This document shows, one piece after another, positions 63,927 to 64,000 of a stretch of DNA of 64,000 nucleotides. The DNA is from Candidatus Ghiorseimicrobium undicola. Its GTDB lineage: Bacteria > Omnitrophota > Gorgyraeia > Ghiorseimicrobiales > Ghiorseimicrobiaceae. The stretch spans positions 457-64,456 of the forward strand of contig PCWA01000035.1 in the NCBI GenBank assembly GCA_002796125.1. The letters run 5' to 3'. Below the pieces are notes generated by a model. The model was not told where the DNA came from. It ran no database searches and saw only the letters and a program-made list of their open reading frames with translations. Made by a program: the position numbers and the translations under genes. How positions within the stretch are numbered: position 1 is the stretch's first letter; the number at the start of each line of letters is the position of its first letter.

Positions 63927-64000
63927 CTCCGAGGAGGTGCTTATAAAAATAAATTCTTTTTTTTCCGTGGCAGGATTGTATATTGTGGCACAGCCGCATA

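Overview
AT-rich bacterial chromosomal window of about 60 densely packed genes, mostly on the + strand, from an unidentified anaerobe; I cannot assign a taxon. No CRISPR arrays, rRNA genes, transposases or integrases are seen.

Gene content in order:
- 1-8.1 kb: compact type II secretion / type IV pilus-like system. It has a secretin with N- and C-terminal TPR modules, a GspF platform, a GspG-like major pseudopilin, three further prepilin-like proteins and a PilB/GspE ATPase. No GspC/L/M or PilMNOP are present.
- 8.1-19.8 kb: nitroreductase, then a complete siroheme-dependent (alternative, Ahb) heme biosynthesis operon: sirC, hemX-like, hemA, hemC, cobA-hemD fusion, radical-SAM ahbC/ahbD pair, hemB, ahbA/ahbB, hemL.
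- 19.9-35.7 kb: multiheme cytochrome c island, read straight out of the heme operon. It holds a NapC/NirT-family octaheme membrane cytochrome, a tetraheme, System II cytochrome c maturation (resB, ccsA), a decaheme, an NHL beta-propeller protein, four tandem diversified 10-11-heme paralogues, a 13-heme cytochrome, a 599-aa outer-membrane beta-barrel ending in F, an 11-heme cytochrome, a lipoprotein and a small 4-5-heme cytochrome. This looks like a self-contained extracellular electron transfer toolkit (secretion system, heme supply, maturation, multiheme conduit, outer-membrane porin).
- 35.7-64 kb: housekeeping and regulation. Two yjbQ paralogues, NicO-like metal transporter, ybaB, gltD-like oxidoreductase, panB, ACT-domain protein, glyQS, ppdK, sigma-70 factor with an HTH-less LacI-type domain protein, apt, tRNA-Arg(CCU), outer-membrane beta-barrel, ParA-like ATPase fused to a CBM48 glycogen-binding domain, two PflA/PflX-type radical SAM enzymes, uppP, mgtE, DUF134, HD-GYP, SNF-type sodium symporter, PilZ, thermonuclease, M48 protease.

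Unusual non-coding and repeat signals:
- A structured intergenic element of about 110-185 bp occurs three times in the same orientation, each ending exactly at a start codon, with compensatory stem changes between copies.
- Pervasive 7-bp-periodic tandem repeats fill intergenic spacers. They also occur in frame inside hemB and the gltD-like gene, where they encode NTQYSI(R/H)NT.
- A perfect 2 x 95 bp tandem duplication sits upstream of hemB.
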